DNA from: Daphnia carinata
Lineage: Eukaryota
Reading direction: 5' to 3'
Length of the DNA: 64,000 nt
Assembly: GCF_022539665.2 (NCBI RefSeq)
Contig: NC_081333.1
Location: forward strand, 2,232,001-2,296,000
The notes under the pieces are model-generated. The model did no database searches and was not told where the DNA came from. It saw only the letters and a program-made list of their open reading frames with translations. This document shows positions 23,863 through 44,105 of the stretch, one piece after another (position 1 is the stretch's first letter; every line of letters starts with the position of its first letter). Both the position numbers and the translations under genes were made by a program.

Positions 23863-26800
23863 ATGTCACTTTTTAAGAAACCGAAAAAAAATCTGCGTCA
23901 AAGAACGGCAGCAAGTGATGAAGAGGATGGTGATAATCTTGCACCCTCAATCAAGGTCGAAAGTGTTCCGTCCTCAGCATCCGGCAACAACAAACCTTCG
24001 ACAAAACCGCCAAAAGCTGCTGCTTCAGAGATCAAAAAGAAAACGAGTATTCTTAGTTTTCAGGAAGATTTGGAGGAAGATGAGGGAGTTGAAACATTCC
24101 AGATCAAAAAATCTTCCCAGAGTCGAAGAATTGCCAAACGAATGGAGAGAGACAGGAAACTGAAGGAACAGGAGCAGAAGACCACTGCTAAGGCATTGCC
24201 AGAAGCTGTTCAAGAAGAAAAACAACCACAGCTTGAAAACCATGCCCCCATAACCAACCTCACTGAAGCACCAAAGAATTTAATCCTCACTGGGCGTGAA
24301 GCAGAGATGGCTGGATATCGGTCGGATTCAGAAGAAGAAAGTGCAGATGAGGGCGTCAAATTTAGACGGCCTGACCCGTTCAGGAATGTCCTGGAAAGTA
24401 GGGCAAGAAAACTTTTATCATTTGTTTGGGCTGAGTTTTCATCTGATCCAATTCATATATTCTGTTTTGTAAACAAGAATTTTGTATTTGTTTACTTCTT
24501 GCTCATTAATACTACTTACTTTCTAAAAGTTTCTAATCTTCAAATTGTTTTTTTTTTTACAGATGGTGCCATTCCAGATGCTGCGATGATCCATGCCGCA
24601 AGAAAGCATCGTCAACAGGCGAGAGAGCTTGGTGGTCTTGCTGATTACGTTAAATTGGACGATATGCCAGATTACGAGAAGGAATCTCAGGCCACTGTCA
24701 CATCTGCGAGGCTTGTACGAGAGGACGAAAACGATAAGAGTGATGAAGACGAGGCTGAAGATGGCAGAATGGATTTTGCGGTTGACCTTCTAACAAAAGA
24801 TAAGCAAGAACGAAGAGAAGCATTCTTGGCGGCTGAGAGAGAAGGTTCGCTTGGATTATTATTTTTCATCTTCTTGACAAACATTTTACGTTGTAAATAT
24901 AGATGACGAAGAAGAAAGCGACGATGAAGATGACTGGGAGAAACAGCAATTCCAAAAGGCCATCCGCCAACGTCAGGTTGAAGCGGCTTATCAAGAAATG
25001 ACCCTCCAGCATAAGTACATCGAAGAAGGGCCTTCAACGTCTTCCAGGTCGATGTCTAAAGAAAAGATTCTGAAAGGACCTATTGCTCCTTCTCTTCCTG
25101 TTAAGACTACGTTGTCGGCCCCCGATCTCAGCAAACTAGCCCCACTGCCTACTCCATTAGAATTGAAAGAAAAGTTACGCGAGCGGTATGTAGACATCCT
25201 ATCACAAGTGTGCCTGTAAAATTATTAATCAAATATTTTGAAAATTTAGCTTATCGGGGTTAGATGAAGTGCATAGACGCCATGTTAGTGATATGGAACG
25301 GATGGAATCGGATCTTTCACAGTGCAGATTGGAAGTTCAGCGTCTCGAAACAGAACGACCTCAGCTATCTGATAGGTATCACTATTTCCAGGTTACCCGC
25401 GGTTACGTCCACGATTTAGCCGATTGCCTTACAACAAAGGTACGTTTAATACATCAACCATCGTGCACTGGTTGCTTCATCTCTACTTACTTTTGTTTAA
25501 CCTAGTACTACGAAGTGGAAGCTTTGGAAAAACGTTGGTTTGCTCAGTTAGGTCGACGATATCGTTATTTAGCCGAACGGCGACGCGAAGACGTTCGGGA
25601 CGAGGCCAGCGACTGTGCCATTCAGTCTGTGATTGTGCAATCTATTAATCCCGACAAGCTCGCCCGGACGGCGGAGCGTGAAGCTCGTCGAAGGCGTAGA
25701 CGTAACAGTCGAAAAGATTCCTCTAGGCATAAGGAAGGACTCTCATCTGATGATGAGGTTGTTGAAAAAGAGGCATCGTCGTTCAATCTCGAGAAAGGTA
25801 GAATCATTTATAATTTTTATCATCTTAAATAAAACTCATTAATTTACCTACTGTAATAGACAAGATACTGGAAGAATCCAATCGGTTGTTCGAAGACACT
25901 CTAGAAGAGTTCTGTTCGCTCGAGATCATCGCTCAACGGTTTGACGAGTGGCGGACCCGTGAGAAGGATTCCTATAATAACGCATACGTAGATTTATTCT
26001 TACCTCGTCTGGCCGGCTGCATCGTGCGTTGGCATCTGCTACAGTCCTTGTGGAACCCTTTGGAACAAGAAGTTACATTGATCAACAAAAGCAAATGGTT
26101 CCAGACGCTAGCTCAGTACGACATGCGTTCCGCAGTCAAAGAAAAAGATCAGGACCCACCTGTCGTTTCAAAAACACTTGAAATTTCTGTTGTTCCCTAC
26201 GTTGTTGAGGTAATTCTAATGTTCTTGGTTTGAGAATGCGCTTTATTTATATTTTGATGATAGGTTGTTAAAGCGGCATACGATCCTTGTTCAACCAGTC
26301 AAACGAATCGCTTAGTCAAACTGGTCAAGAATTTGACGGAAGAGCATCCTATTCTTGCCGGCCACAAAACTATACAAGCCTTGTTAACGGCTGCTGTTGA
26401 AAAATTCGAATGTGCCGTGGATCAAGATGTTTTTATTCCTTTCCACTTTGCAGCACAAAATCCTGGCTTCGTTAACAGACAATTCTGGTCGGCTGCAAAA
26501 CTTTTACGAAATATTCTTCACTGGCAGGTATTGGCATCTTAAAAATAGAAACAAAGTCGATCGTTTTAAAAATACTGCCTCTATTTACAGGCCGTGGTAG
26601 ATGACTCGCAGTTACGAAGTGTTTCCATCGACAAACTTTTTAAAAAGTATATGCTTCTACCGTTGACCAAGACGACTGTACGAGGCAACGCTAGCGACCC
26701 TGATACCTTGGACAAGGTTCGTTGGATCGCTGAATCGCTGCCTCGAAATTGGTTGGGACCCATGGCGCCAGGTGCATCACAGCTTCAACCACTGATCGAC

Positions 26801-26935
26801 ACAACAATGTCACTGGCCCAGAATGCAGATAGTACAACAACTGCCGGTCGCAAGCATGTCAAAGATGTCGCTGCAGTCCTACAAAAGCTCGGGGCGGCTG
26901 CTGAAGCCCAAGAAATTCTCGCAAAATACTTGTAA
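23863..26935 (+). CDS. PAXBP1: PAX3/PAX7-binding protein 1 (GCFC-domain splicing-associated factor), multi-exon
   Basis: MSLFKKPKKNLRQR, ILSFQED, GAIPDAAMIHAARKHRQQARE, RLVRED, DWEKQQFQKAI, EREARRRRRR...EGLSSDDE, FEDTLEEFCSL...FDEWR...YNNAYVDLFLPRL, and AAYDPCSTSQT are GCFC-family hallmarks. Confidence 0.9.
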
Positions 26936-27528
26936 TTTATTTTGTTGCATTATTTTCCAACATCCTTTACGATGCAAATAGAGAAACTCGCCTTTGTCAA
27001 GTAATACTTGTAGTTAGAAGACACGGATGTTTATTCAAACGTAACCTATTTGGCAAGTGGACAAAAATGTGTTACTCGTCACTGCAAAAGGCACTGCTTC
27101 CATGCAAAAGAAACACGATCTGATAGCAAAAAAAAAAATGGGGATTATTCTATAAGGAGTAAGGAAGTTGGATCGTCAAAGAAACAAGAAATAATCAAAC
27201 ATAAAGAATGCATGTGCAAAATAATAATTGGTGAACTATATTCAATTTATGATTAGGCCACTCTGGGAGGAGTAAATAGAGGATAGGTGCCCATGCTTTT
27301 CTGGTTTAAGGGGAAGTTAAGAGATCATTTTTCAGTCATGACATGTCATCTAGTTAAGAAAATTTGGAAGGGTATGTGTTTAGTGGAAGGTGAGGTATAG
27401 GCGGCGACGAGGAATATGCTCCATCTATAAAAAAAAAACGCCAAACCGGCTCTTGAAATTTGCACCAAGAGGGTTATCAACTGCTTTTTTTGTGTTGTCA
27501 ATGAGTCAATTTGTGATCCAACATTGTT

Positions 27529-35683
<8,155 letters not shown>

Positions 35684-35783
35684 TTTGCAAAAGATCAGGC
35701 AAAAACTGAGGGAGGCACATGAAAACGCTTACACACACACACATACATGTTCGCCTAGCAGAATAGAACAGCCATTCTGTAAA

Positions 35784-35799
35784 GCGAGTCGCGACTCGC
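35784..35799. promoter_or_regulatory. Perfect 16-bp palindrome GCGAGTCGCGACTCGC in the BRWD/HINFP divergent promoter region
   Basis: Self-complementary sequence about 100 nt upstream of the BRWD ATG, with a TCGCGA core. Confidence 0.4.
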
Positions 35800-36554
35800 C
35801 AGGCGGCTGCCTTCTGCCTACTACACTCTAGCGAGAGAGCTTGCACTCACAGGCGATTCGGCAATGACACGGCAAAATTACTTGAGGAATTCACATAAAT
35901 TGACCACCTCCGCTGAACAAAAAACATTATATAACAAATGAAAATTAAACCAAATGAAAATATTTAACTCCTAAAGTGCAAAGCAGTTCCAGAAATTCGA
36001 CATTGAGATCTATAATCTTTATCGAAAACGAAAAAACATGAGGCGGAGGGATACATAAAATGTAGCCAATGCGGAGATAGATGTAGTGGTTCTAGTTTTT
36101 ATTTTTATATTTTAATTCTAGCACTGAGTGGCAACTCATACAATAATCACTTTATTGTATTTGAAACAATTTAAGGTCTGCTCTTGGCCTCGAAAAAAAT
36201 ACTAGAAAATGTTTTATACAATTAAATCCTCTTGAGTGGAAGGCTGAAAGCTTATTAGTAAAAAGTTTTCTGCAACTTGTTTACTAGGTTCATAAACCTT
36301 CTGCTTGAACCATTGCTTTGTGTGTTGCTCCTTAAAGGCTTATTGAAATATTAAAATCAATAAAGTTTTAGAGACGTGTTTATCACAGATTGCCTTTTTA
36401 TTTTTCAATATTGCCATGTCGCTTGGTTCATTACGATGGCTTTTTCTACGCCCAGTTTTCCAAGTTTGTACGTAAGATGAATGACTAGAATCGTGGTCGA
36501 ATATCAACGCGGGAACTGATAGTCTAGCAGGATCTGGTCTACCATTGTGTTAAA

Positions 36555-37984
36555 ATGGCGCATAGAAAGCCGAAACGTCCTAAGCTCGATCCTTCCCTTC
36601 TTCAAGATGAACAGCTTATTCTCATTTGTGATTGGGGGAGTTGCAGACAGTTGTTCCAAAATATGGAGCTCTTCTTGAGTCATGTGGCTGACCATGCTGG
36701 TCAAGTGGTTGTTGTCACCACAGGTGAAGAAACATCCCTGACGTGCATTTGGGAAGATTGTGGCTTTGAAACTTCTGACCAAAAAGAAATAATTCGGCAT
36801 ATATACTACCATGCATACCATACCAAGATCAAGTGCCTTGGTGCAAACCTCATTGAGAAACTCGCATTGCAGGGATGTCAACTAGATCCTCAAACCCGAA
36901 ATTCTGTTCCAGAGCTATCAGGCCCACTTATTTGTTACTGGGATGACTGCAAGCTTGAGTTCCTGAATGTTCAACAGTTCTATTGGCATGTTCATACACA
37001 CTCCATTACAAACGATAATGGTGAGAAAAAGGAGAAGAAGTGCCTTTGGGCAAACTGCAAGAGCACATTTGCAAACAAGTTCAAGCTTAGAGATCACCTG
37101 AGGAGTCATTCACAAGAAAGGTCTTTAGCCTGCCCAACTTGTGGCAGTCTTTTTGCCTCTCGTACAAAGCTTCATGATCACTGTTTGAGGCAGCTTCCTT
37201 TAGATGGTTGGTACTTACGTGAGTCTACTAAAAGAAAGTCACTTAAACCAATTGAATTTTTTAAATATAGCAAATGAGTTCCGCTGCTCCGAGTGTAGCA
37301 AACTGTTACCTACCGAACGTCTTTTACGAGAACACGTTCGTTATCATCGACTAGTCTATACATGTTCACACTGTCCGATTGATGAGGAGGGTCGAGGACG
37401 TAGCTTCCCCAACACACATTCATTAGGAACGCACATTTCATATTGCCACAGTGAGTCAAGGCCGTTTCCCTGCCCTGAAACCGATTGCAGCTACAGTGCT
37501 AAGTCGCAAACAGACTTGAGCAAGCATCTTGAAGTTCACGCCAATACTCTTTGGTACTGTTGTGAGGTATGCGTGCATTTTATTTTTAATCTCCTTTAAA
37601 TTTTGACTTAAAAATAGAAGTGTTATGTAAACTGGATACCTTTTCCAGGTCAGTGGTTGCGACTTTACTGCGCGTAACCCTGCGACGCTCCAAAAACACG
37701 TACGTAAAGTACATCAGGGCAATGTGGAACCTCTTTATGAATGCCATGTTTGCCAAGTGCGTTTTCACGCATCAAACTCATTAAAAAGTCATTTGGGAAA
37801 CCTTCACAAGGTCTTTCCATTATCAGGCAATGGTCGATTTAAGTAAGCGTTTCGGTCCCCTTTTTTAAATTGCACATTTTAATTGGAACAATCGGTTTTC
37901 TTCGATAGGTATCAACAGGGACAGGACGGCATTTTTCGTGCAGAAAATGGCGGTGGACCTCTTCAACCCTTGAATAGTTCCTAA
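36555..37984 (+). CDS. HINFP: Histone H4 transcription factor HINFP (C2H2 zinc fingers), 4 coding exons
   Basis: LICDWGSC...FLSHVADH, CIWEDCGF...IIRHIYYHAYHTKIK, FYWHVHTH, KLRDHLRSHSQERSLACPTCGSLFASRTKLHDH, TERLLREHVRYH, and terminal RFKYQQGQDGIFR, similar to the HINFP C-terminal motif. Confidence 0.9.
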
Positions 37985-38365
37985 TAAGTTATAAAAATCG
38001 TGTCCTTATTTTCGCAAGGTGATTCCAATGTTTTTTTTTTTTAATTTAAGTATCATTTTGCATTCTTATCCAGACATTTAGTTACATGTATTGATTCGAT
38101 TGTTTACTTTCTCGTATGAACGAAGTGATGAAATACAAAATAACAAAATATTCGTACGAATTATGAAAATTTCCACTCACGCAAGTCACCAAAATAATCA
38201 AAAGCCTTATGCAATTTGATAAGGTGTAAGAGAACTTATATATAAGGAGAGAATTTTAAAGGTCCCAGTATTGCTGCACTTTTGTTTCTGATAAATTGGG
38301 AAGGAGGACGAACAGTGTTGGGTTCTAAAATTATAAATCTGTTTTTAATTATTATATAGGTTTAT

Positions 38366-38778
38366 TTATCCCTGCTGGTTGTAGGTGTAGTAAATCCTGC
38401 TGTACTCGGCCGGATATTGCTGAGAGACTACGTTCATTACTTTCATGGCCTGTTGGTGCTGTTGTGGCGAACATCCAGGACATTGGCCCTTGATGAGTGC
38501 TGGTACAAGTTCTGTTTTAAAAGTAAACTAGATTAGAAATTGCGCCCTTTTTTTAGGGCAGGAATTGAAATAGGGTACTTACGCCTCATTGTGCGACCAA
38601 TGTTATCACACGGTGACTCGTTAAGAAGGCAATTGATTTGGCGGCGCATATAGCGCGGGTTGCGGATGGCAGCTTCGACGGCTGCATTGCTGGCGGGTAG
38701 CTGTCCCTGAGCTTGGCCTGCCCAGAAGAGAACAACGCATACTACTGCCAGTTGCCACACCAATTGAAAGCCAGCCAT
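38366..38778 (-). CDS. Chemosensory protein (CSP/OS-D family), 2 coding exons
   Basis: Signal peptide, then CLLNESPC-x18-CPGC (C-x6-C-x18-C-x2-C CSP signature), with a phase-1 intron between the two Cys pairs. A likely non-coding first exon ends at 39342. Confidence 0.9.
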
Positions 38779-39561
38779 TTTTTTGTTTTGTTAACTAGAA
38801 AGTTGGTAAAATTTCGCAGTTGAAATGTTTTCTTCCCGGAATGGAGCGACGGCACCAAATACGAAAAGTCGTCAAAGGCTGGAACGTGGCTAAACGTCGA
38901 CCGCTTTCTATACAGACAAACAAAAAGAAAGAACAAAATGAATACACCCTTCGTAACTGATATGCATTGGCAATGTCTGACCGCTAATTTCCTTAAAATT
39001 ATTCAAAAGAGGTGAAAGCGAACGCCTGTTAAAGAAATAAACCTTTCCCCCCGAAGATTTGGCATATGCTGCTCAACAGTGTCCTAACACAACAGCTTTC
39101 ACTGATCTGATTTTAATGATGTCACGCAGGAAAAGTATGGTTTCGTGCACTTGCGAAAGTGAACCAGATCACTGGACCCCAAATCGCACAAAAGATTCAA
39201 TTATTGATTCAAGACTGGATGCATTTTTAAAGCCTCGCTTTCACTGATGTTGTCACAAATGTACTACATACAACAATGCACGATACCCACACAAATGGCA
39301 TAAATAAAAATATACGTGAAAAAAGACAAAGTTTGACTTACATAGAAGAATGCAATGAATGGAATTCCGGACGAGTGTCTCTGAGAGCTACCGGTGCGGC
39401 TGAAGTGCAGAAGTAGACTAGCGGATCTACTGGTTGTACGGATCCGTCTTAAGGGTATTTAGAGGCGAGTTGTAGAGCTAGCGAGGTTATCTATTCGGAG
39501 GTGGAGGAAAAGAGGAGGAGAACTAGAGAGGGCTGGAGATAAGAACTACCTCCTCCCCCTG

Positions 39562-39585
39562 TCTCTCTTTCTCTCTCTCTCTCTC
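39562..39585. repeat. (CT)n/(GA)n microsatellite upstream of the probable CSP start site
   Basis: tctctctttctctctctctctctc. Confidence 0.75.
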
Positions 39586-42500
39586 CCGAAAACTAAAGCT
39601 TACCACCACCACCACCGGTCAGGTGGTGAAAATTGGAAAACTTTACCAACGTTACCTTGACCCACATGTCCCGCTCGAGTCGAAGCCACTAAAAAACGTC
39701 ACATTTCTGCTTTTATTTTCTTTTCAATTCGATGCTGCGACACTATGGAGTCGAAGAATGCCGCTTCTGTTTGGATAACTACCCAGCTGGGCGTCGATGC
39801 AGGTTGCCTCGTACCGTTAACACCACACGACATAAACACTCACTTGCGTTCGCTCTCTTTTACTACATCCACCTCGTTCCGATTGCAGCCAAAGGAACGG
39901 AGTGACATGTAACAATTGAGCTTGGCTCATGAAAAAAGGAACGGCGATAAGCAAGTGAAAGTGAAACATACATTTCTTTTTTTTTCTTATTGTTCGCCGT
40001 TTCTTTTATTGTAAAAATAGATAAGGCATTTTTCACGTTCCACACACACAGAAGTTTCGCATGATTGGCGTAAAAATCCCGCCATTCATCACTAAACAAT
40101 GTTTGGACAGCAAACGTGTTGACTTTTCTTTCTTCATCCGTGGCCCCAGAATGGGCGTTCCCCGTGTCCACTTTCACCGAGATGATGTGCTGTGATGATC
40201 CATTAATTCGTGACGTCAAAACTTTCAGACGTTAGAGGGGGAAAAGCCGGATCTGTCCGACGAGGATCTTACGGAATGTCCTTCGCCTTCTACTGCGTTT
40301 TTGTTTCTTTAATAGAACTGATACGCACATGTTAACCTTCTTCCGAGATTTCTTCTCCAATTTCGGTATTCCCATTTTCGGGATTTGGGATACTGGTTTG
40401 CTTACCAGTTATTTTCTCTTAAGGCAGATGCTTTCGCAATTTTCGCCAAGGAGTTAAAAAGTTGATCAATCTCTTTCGAAGAGAAAGAAAAAAGAAAATG
40501 ATCTATTGTGTACTTGCCAATTTTGGTACCTTTCATTTCCCACTTGACCTCAATTTTAAAGGAATTTGTTTTTAGTGAATAGGATGAACCACGACCTACG
40601 ATCTTTTGGTACATTTTTGTAGTGCATGTTGGGTTAATTGTTTTGGGGCGTTTGTTTGACCTTTCCAAGTGAAAGGGAAATCCCCTTCCTCGCAAATTTG
40701 TTTGTTGAAAAATGCTGCTCAAATAATACAATGAACATTTAAAGGCATACACTTTCACTCGTCTAACGGTTCCTAACTTAACGTTTAAATAGATGAAGGG
40801 TAGATGCCAATACTGGGGGGCACGTCAAATTTGGCACGTAAAAACATCTCGACGTGAATTTCAATTCACACTGATGACTAGCATATACACTTTGGTCCTC
40901 TTCCATTGTTTGTTGTCTTTACTTTCTAAAGACAAATCGTTGACCTTATTATTGCACATACAACGCTGGATGGATAGCCACAACAACTCGGGATCTGTAG
41001 TTTAGCTCACTTTCACCGCTTTTCTTACAATTCTCCTCGTTACACCGTGAGTTTCTAGTTTGTTCATTCAACTGGCATGCCGATAAGCTAGTCCCAATGA
41101 CCAGTGCATAGCACTCCAGATTGCGCGTGTAACCTTGGACATACAATTAATTTGGAAATAACCTGATTCTCAATCAACGTCAAACTAATGAAAGTTTGAT
41201 CTGTTGTAACATAATTTCCCGCACGCACATCTGTCTAGCCTGATTTAAAAAAATTAAGTTCAATTCAAAGCGTGTTTTTTTTTTCAGAATTGCCATGTAA
41301 ATGTGATCATCAATGTGGTTTTCCGCGATGTAAAAAGAAAATTCTACGCCGCAAAGAAATGAAGCTTTGTTTAACCGCGAGAAGAAGAAAATGTGGATAT
41401 ATCGTTACGTTGCTTTTCACTAGGATTTCCCAAATCATTGGTCAATCAACTTATTAGGCACGTATGTGACGTCCACCAGATTTCACGGCTGACATTGCGC
41501 CCTATCATTAGCACTACCTGTTGGAGAGAGGCATATACGTTCTTCCTGGCTAATGGAGGACAAACCTTCCGTGACCTAACTTCCCATATTAATTTTTCGA
41601 ACTCTTATCGGCTATCTTGCATTAACGATAAGAAGCAGGAAGGTGGCGTTAATATTAGTTAATTTAAGCACGGTGGAGAAAGGCAAGAGGTTGAACATAA
41701 ACTTTCTCAGCCTAAATCCTACACCGCTGATCACTGATAGAATTTACGATGGCTTTCTAAGTTGGACGTACTTTAATGACGCTCTTACTAAAATGCAATT
41801 CGGTAAAAAAAAAACGCCACAATATTCTTTTAAAATGTTATTTAACGTTAACCACAAATGCTGGGTGATGTGCGTAATTATAATGCGATGAATTTCAAGT
41901 TTGGTTACGTAACAGATCAAATATGTCAAAGAAAGGAACTGTAAAACTGGGTTATTCTCTAACATCCATATTCAGGTAAGGGAATCGAGGTGGCTGTACG
42001 TATAGCCACCAGTCCATTTCGTTTCCAGTTTCTCATATTTATGTGATTTTCTGTTCTGTCGGCCTTGACGAAGACGACACAGCTCAATAAAAAAGTAGAT
42101 TCACAGTGACATGGCATATATTCTTTTACGTAGCTTTCTTTATTAGCACGTACAACATATGCCTTGCTACTGTGACTAGGTACTTGGAAAGATCGAATTT
42201 GTTTCGCTTTCGTTAATGCGGCCTTGACGCCAAAAAGATTTTCTTCAGTGCTTGTCATGGAAAAACTGTACATTATCCGGACTCAATCCTTAAAAAGACA
42301 GGATTAGGCTGATTGAGATCTTTCAGCTAATCCAACTAAATTGACCATTCGTGGCCTCGACATTAATAATGTCATCTAAGTTACGAACGGCTTATGACAA
42401 CCTAGAACTTCTTGTGAAACGTAAATGCATCGAAGCATCTATTAACAAAGTATTTCAAAGCGCAGTTGAAAAATTGATACGCTGCTTATATTAATACGGG

Positions 42501-42614
42501 AAACGTGAATATGGACGCTTAGGTTACTTACCGCATCCCTTTCTACGCAACTGAAGCTTATCACTGTAAGAAATACACCCTAAGTGCGGTACAAACTTCC
42601 AGTAAAACGGCGAA

Positions 42615-42875
42615 AAAATGATATGCACAGCGTGCGGAGCATACGCTGTAATGGCTAAGGCTCAAAGTTACTCAGCTTATCCATCAGACTCCGCGTATCA
42701 TTACAGCCATCCATAACCATCAACTGACAAGCCTCAGCACCCTATTTTTAAAAAACTGAGCCTTCTGCTAGCCCAAATAAAAACAAGAAGCCTCTGCCAA
42801 CCGAAACTCAAGCACTAAATGGTTGGAGTGCTTTCTGATTTCATTTTGGGGGTACGACAATCAAAACCTTAGCCT
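42615..42875 (-). ncRNA. Candidate structured RNA (terminal stem plus pseudoknot-capable segments) downstream of RpS29; class unknown
   Basis: GGCTAAGG/CCTTAGCC closing stem, interleaved AAGCACT/AGTGCTT and CCAACC/GGTTGG stems, flanked by GT/AG splice-like sites; see findings. Confidence 0.33.
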
Positions 42876-43197
42876 AAACAATTCTTGCGTCTTAATTACA
42901 GACAATATACTAATATTTACTTTTAATGTCATGTTTCCTACCTTTTTCTTCAGGGTCTTGAGGATCAATTGTACGATTTAGATCTCAGCAAGTTTCTCAG
43001 GAGCAACCCAGATAATAAAGGAAATAACTGTTGAAATTTAAACGATCATAAATCTGTTTCTTAACCTTACTAAATAAATTTTGGTTTTGAAAACTTCCCA
43101 TGAAAATTAAAGTAAACAAAAATATAACACCAAGAATATGTATTCAGGCTATGATGTTTTGGCAGCTGGATTTACATATTCTCAGAGCACAGGGTAT

Positions 43198-43687
43198 TTA
43201 GTCGAGCTGCAAGAAAGAAAAAAGGTTGAGCAAGTGCACTAGGCAAATTATAGAACTATATTTACCTTCTTGAATCCAATGTCAGCCGAGTACTCACGGA
43301 AGCACTGACGGCAGAGGTTGAGGCCATACTTTCTGACCAGACCGTGTCTGTTGGCACATGCCCGGCTATACAAAAAGCAAAAAAAAAATGAAAAATGAAT
43401 CACTAAATTTCAAGTCATTGGTAAATTAAAAAATTGATGCATTTCATGCAGTTCAGCATAACCTTTGCATCAGTTGTTTCAAAAATACATGTCATGGCAT
43501 CGACACACCATGCTTTCGTACGAATTAATACCGAACAGCAATAGGATAAAACCACGTTTCAAAGTGGTTTGAAGTGCTGCATAAAAATTTCAACCAACAA
43601 AAGGATAAATACATATATAAATTACCAGGTACGGGATCCAGCTCCGTATTTACGGGGGTGAGAATACCACAAGTTTTGGAAACCCAT
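43198..43687 (-). CDS. RpS29: 40S ribosomal protein S29 (uS14), 3 exons
   Basis: [60 protein letters not shown]; too short for the ORF track. Pyrimidine-rich start CCTTTTCG near 43740. Confidence 0.97.
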
Positions 43688-43729
43688 TCTGATGACAAGT
43701 TCAGCTAAAGTTGACGGCAAACGGTCGTA

Positions 43730-43782
43730 CAGCGAAAAGGCAAAACGCCGGAAGAAAATGGCCGATGAAGAGATCGCGAGAA
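43730..43782 (-). promoter_or_regulatory. TCT/5'TOP-like start and TCTCGCGA motif of the RpS29 promoter
   Basis: Minus strand TTTTGCCTTTTCGC at about 43745-43732 and TCTCGCGAT at 43781-43773. Polypyrimidine starts are typical of ribosomal protein genes. Confidence 0.55.
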
Positions 43783-44105
43783 AAAAGGTTGCCGAGTCTT
43801 TGTATTAACATAGCTGCCATTTGATATTTGGTCAAAATTTAAATTACTTAATAGTTCTAAGCGGTTTATTATATTACTACAATTTTTTATGTGTCGAGTA
43901 TGATAAGATATTTTACTTTTTAGCTTAGTTAATTTTTAACTTTTAATACGTGGAGTGGTAGCGCTGAGAACTACTCGGTGATTTCATAGCAGACGATTTT
44001 TCAAAAAATGCACTGTCAAAAACACGTGTGTTAGTCCTTATTGATAATAACTTTGATTGGTTTAATAGCGAATTTGTATTAACTTTGAATCACCGTTCAC
44101 TAGAA

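Noticed and set aside
39860..42300. Short ORFs of 60-120 aa between CSP and RpS29, and similar ones in 53-64 kb
   Set aside because: Composition is that of AT-rich non-coding DNA, with no motifs and no consistent exon chains.
42519..42526. TAACCTAA (minus strand) as a telomerase template for TTAGG next to the pseudoknot candidate
   Set aside because: It lies 3' of the pseudoknot and overlaps a splice donor, and an AT-rich 8-mer is expected by chance in 64 kb.
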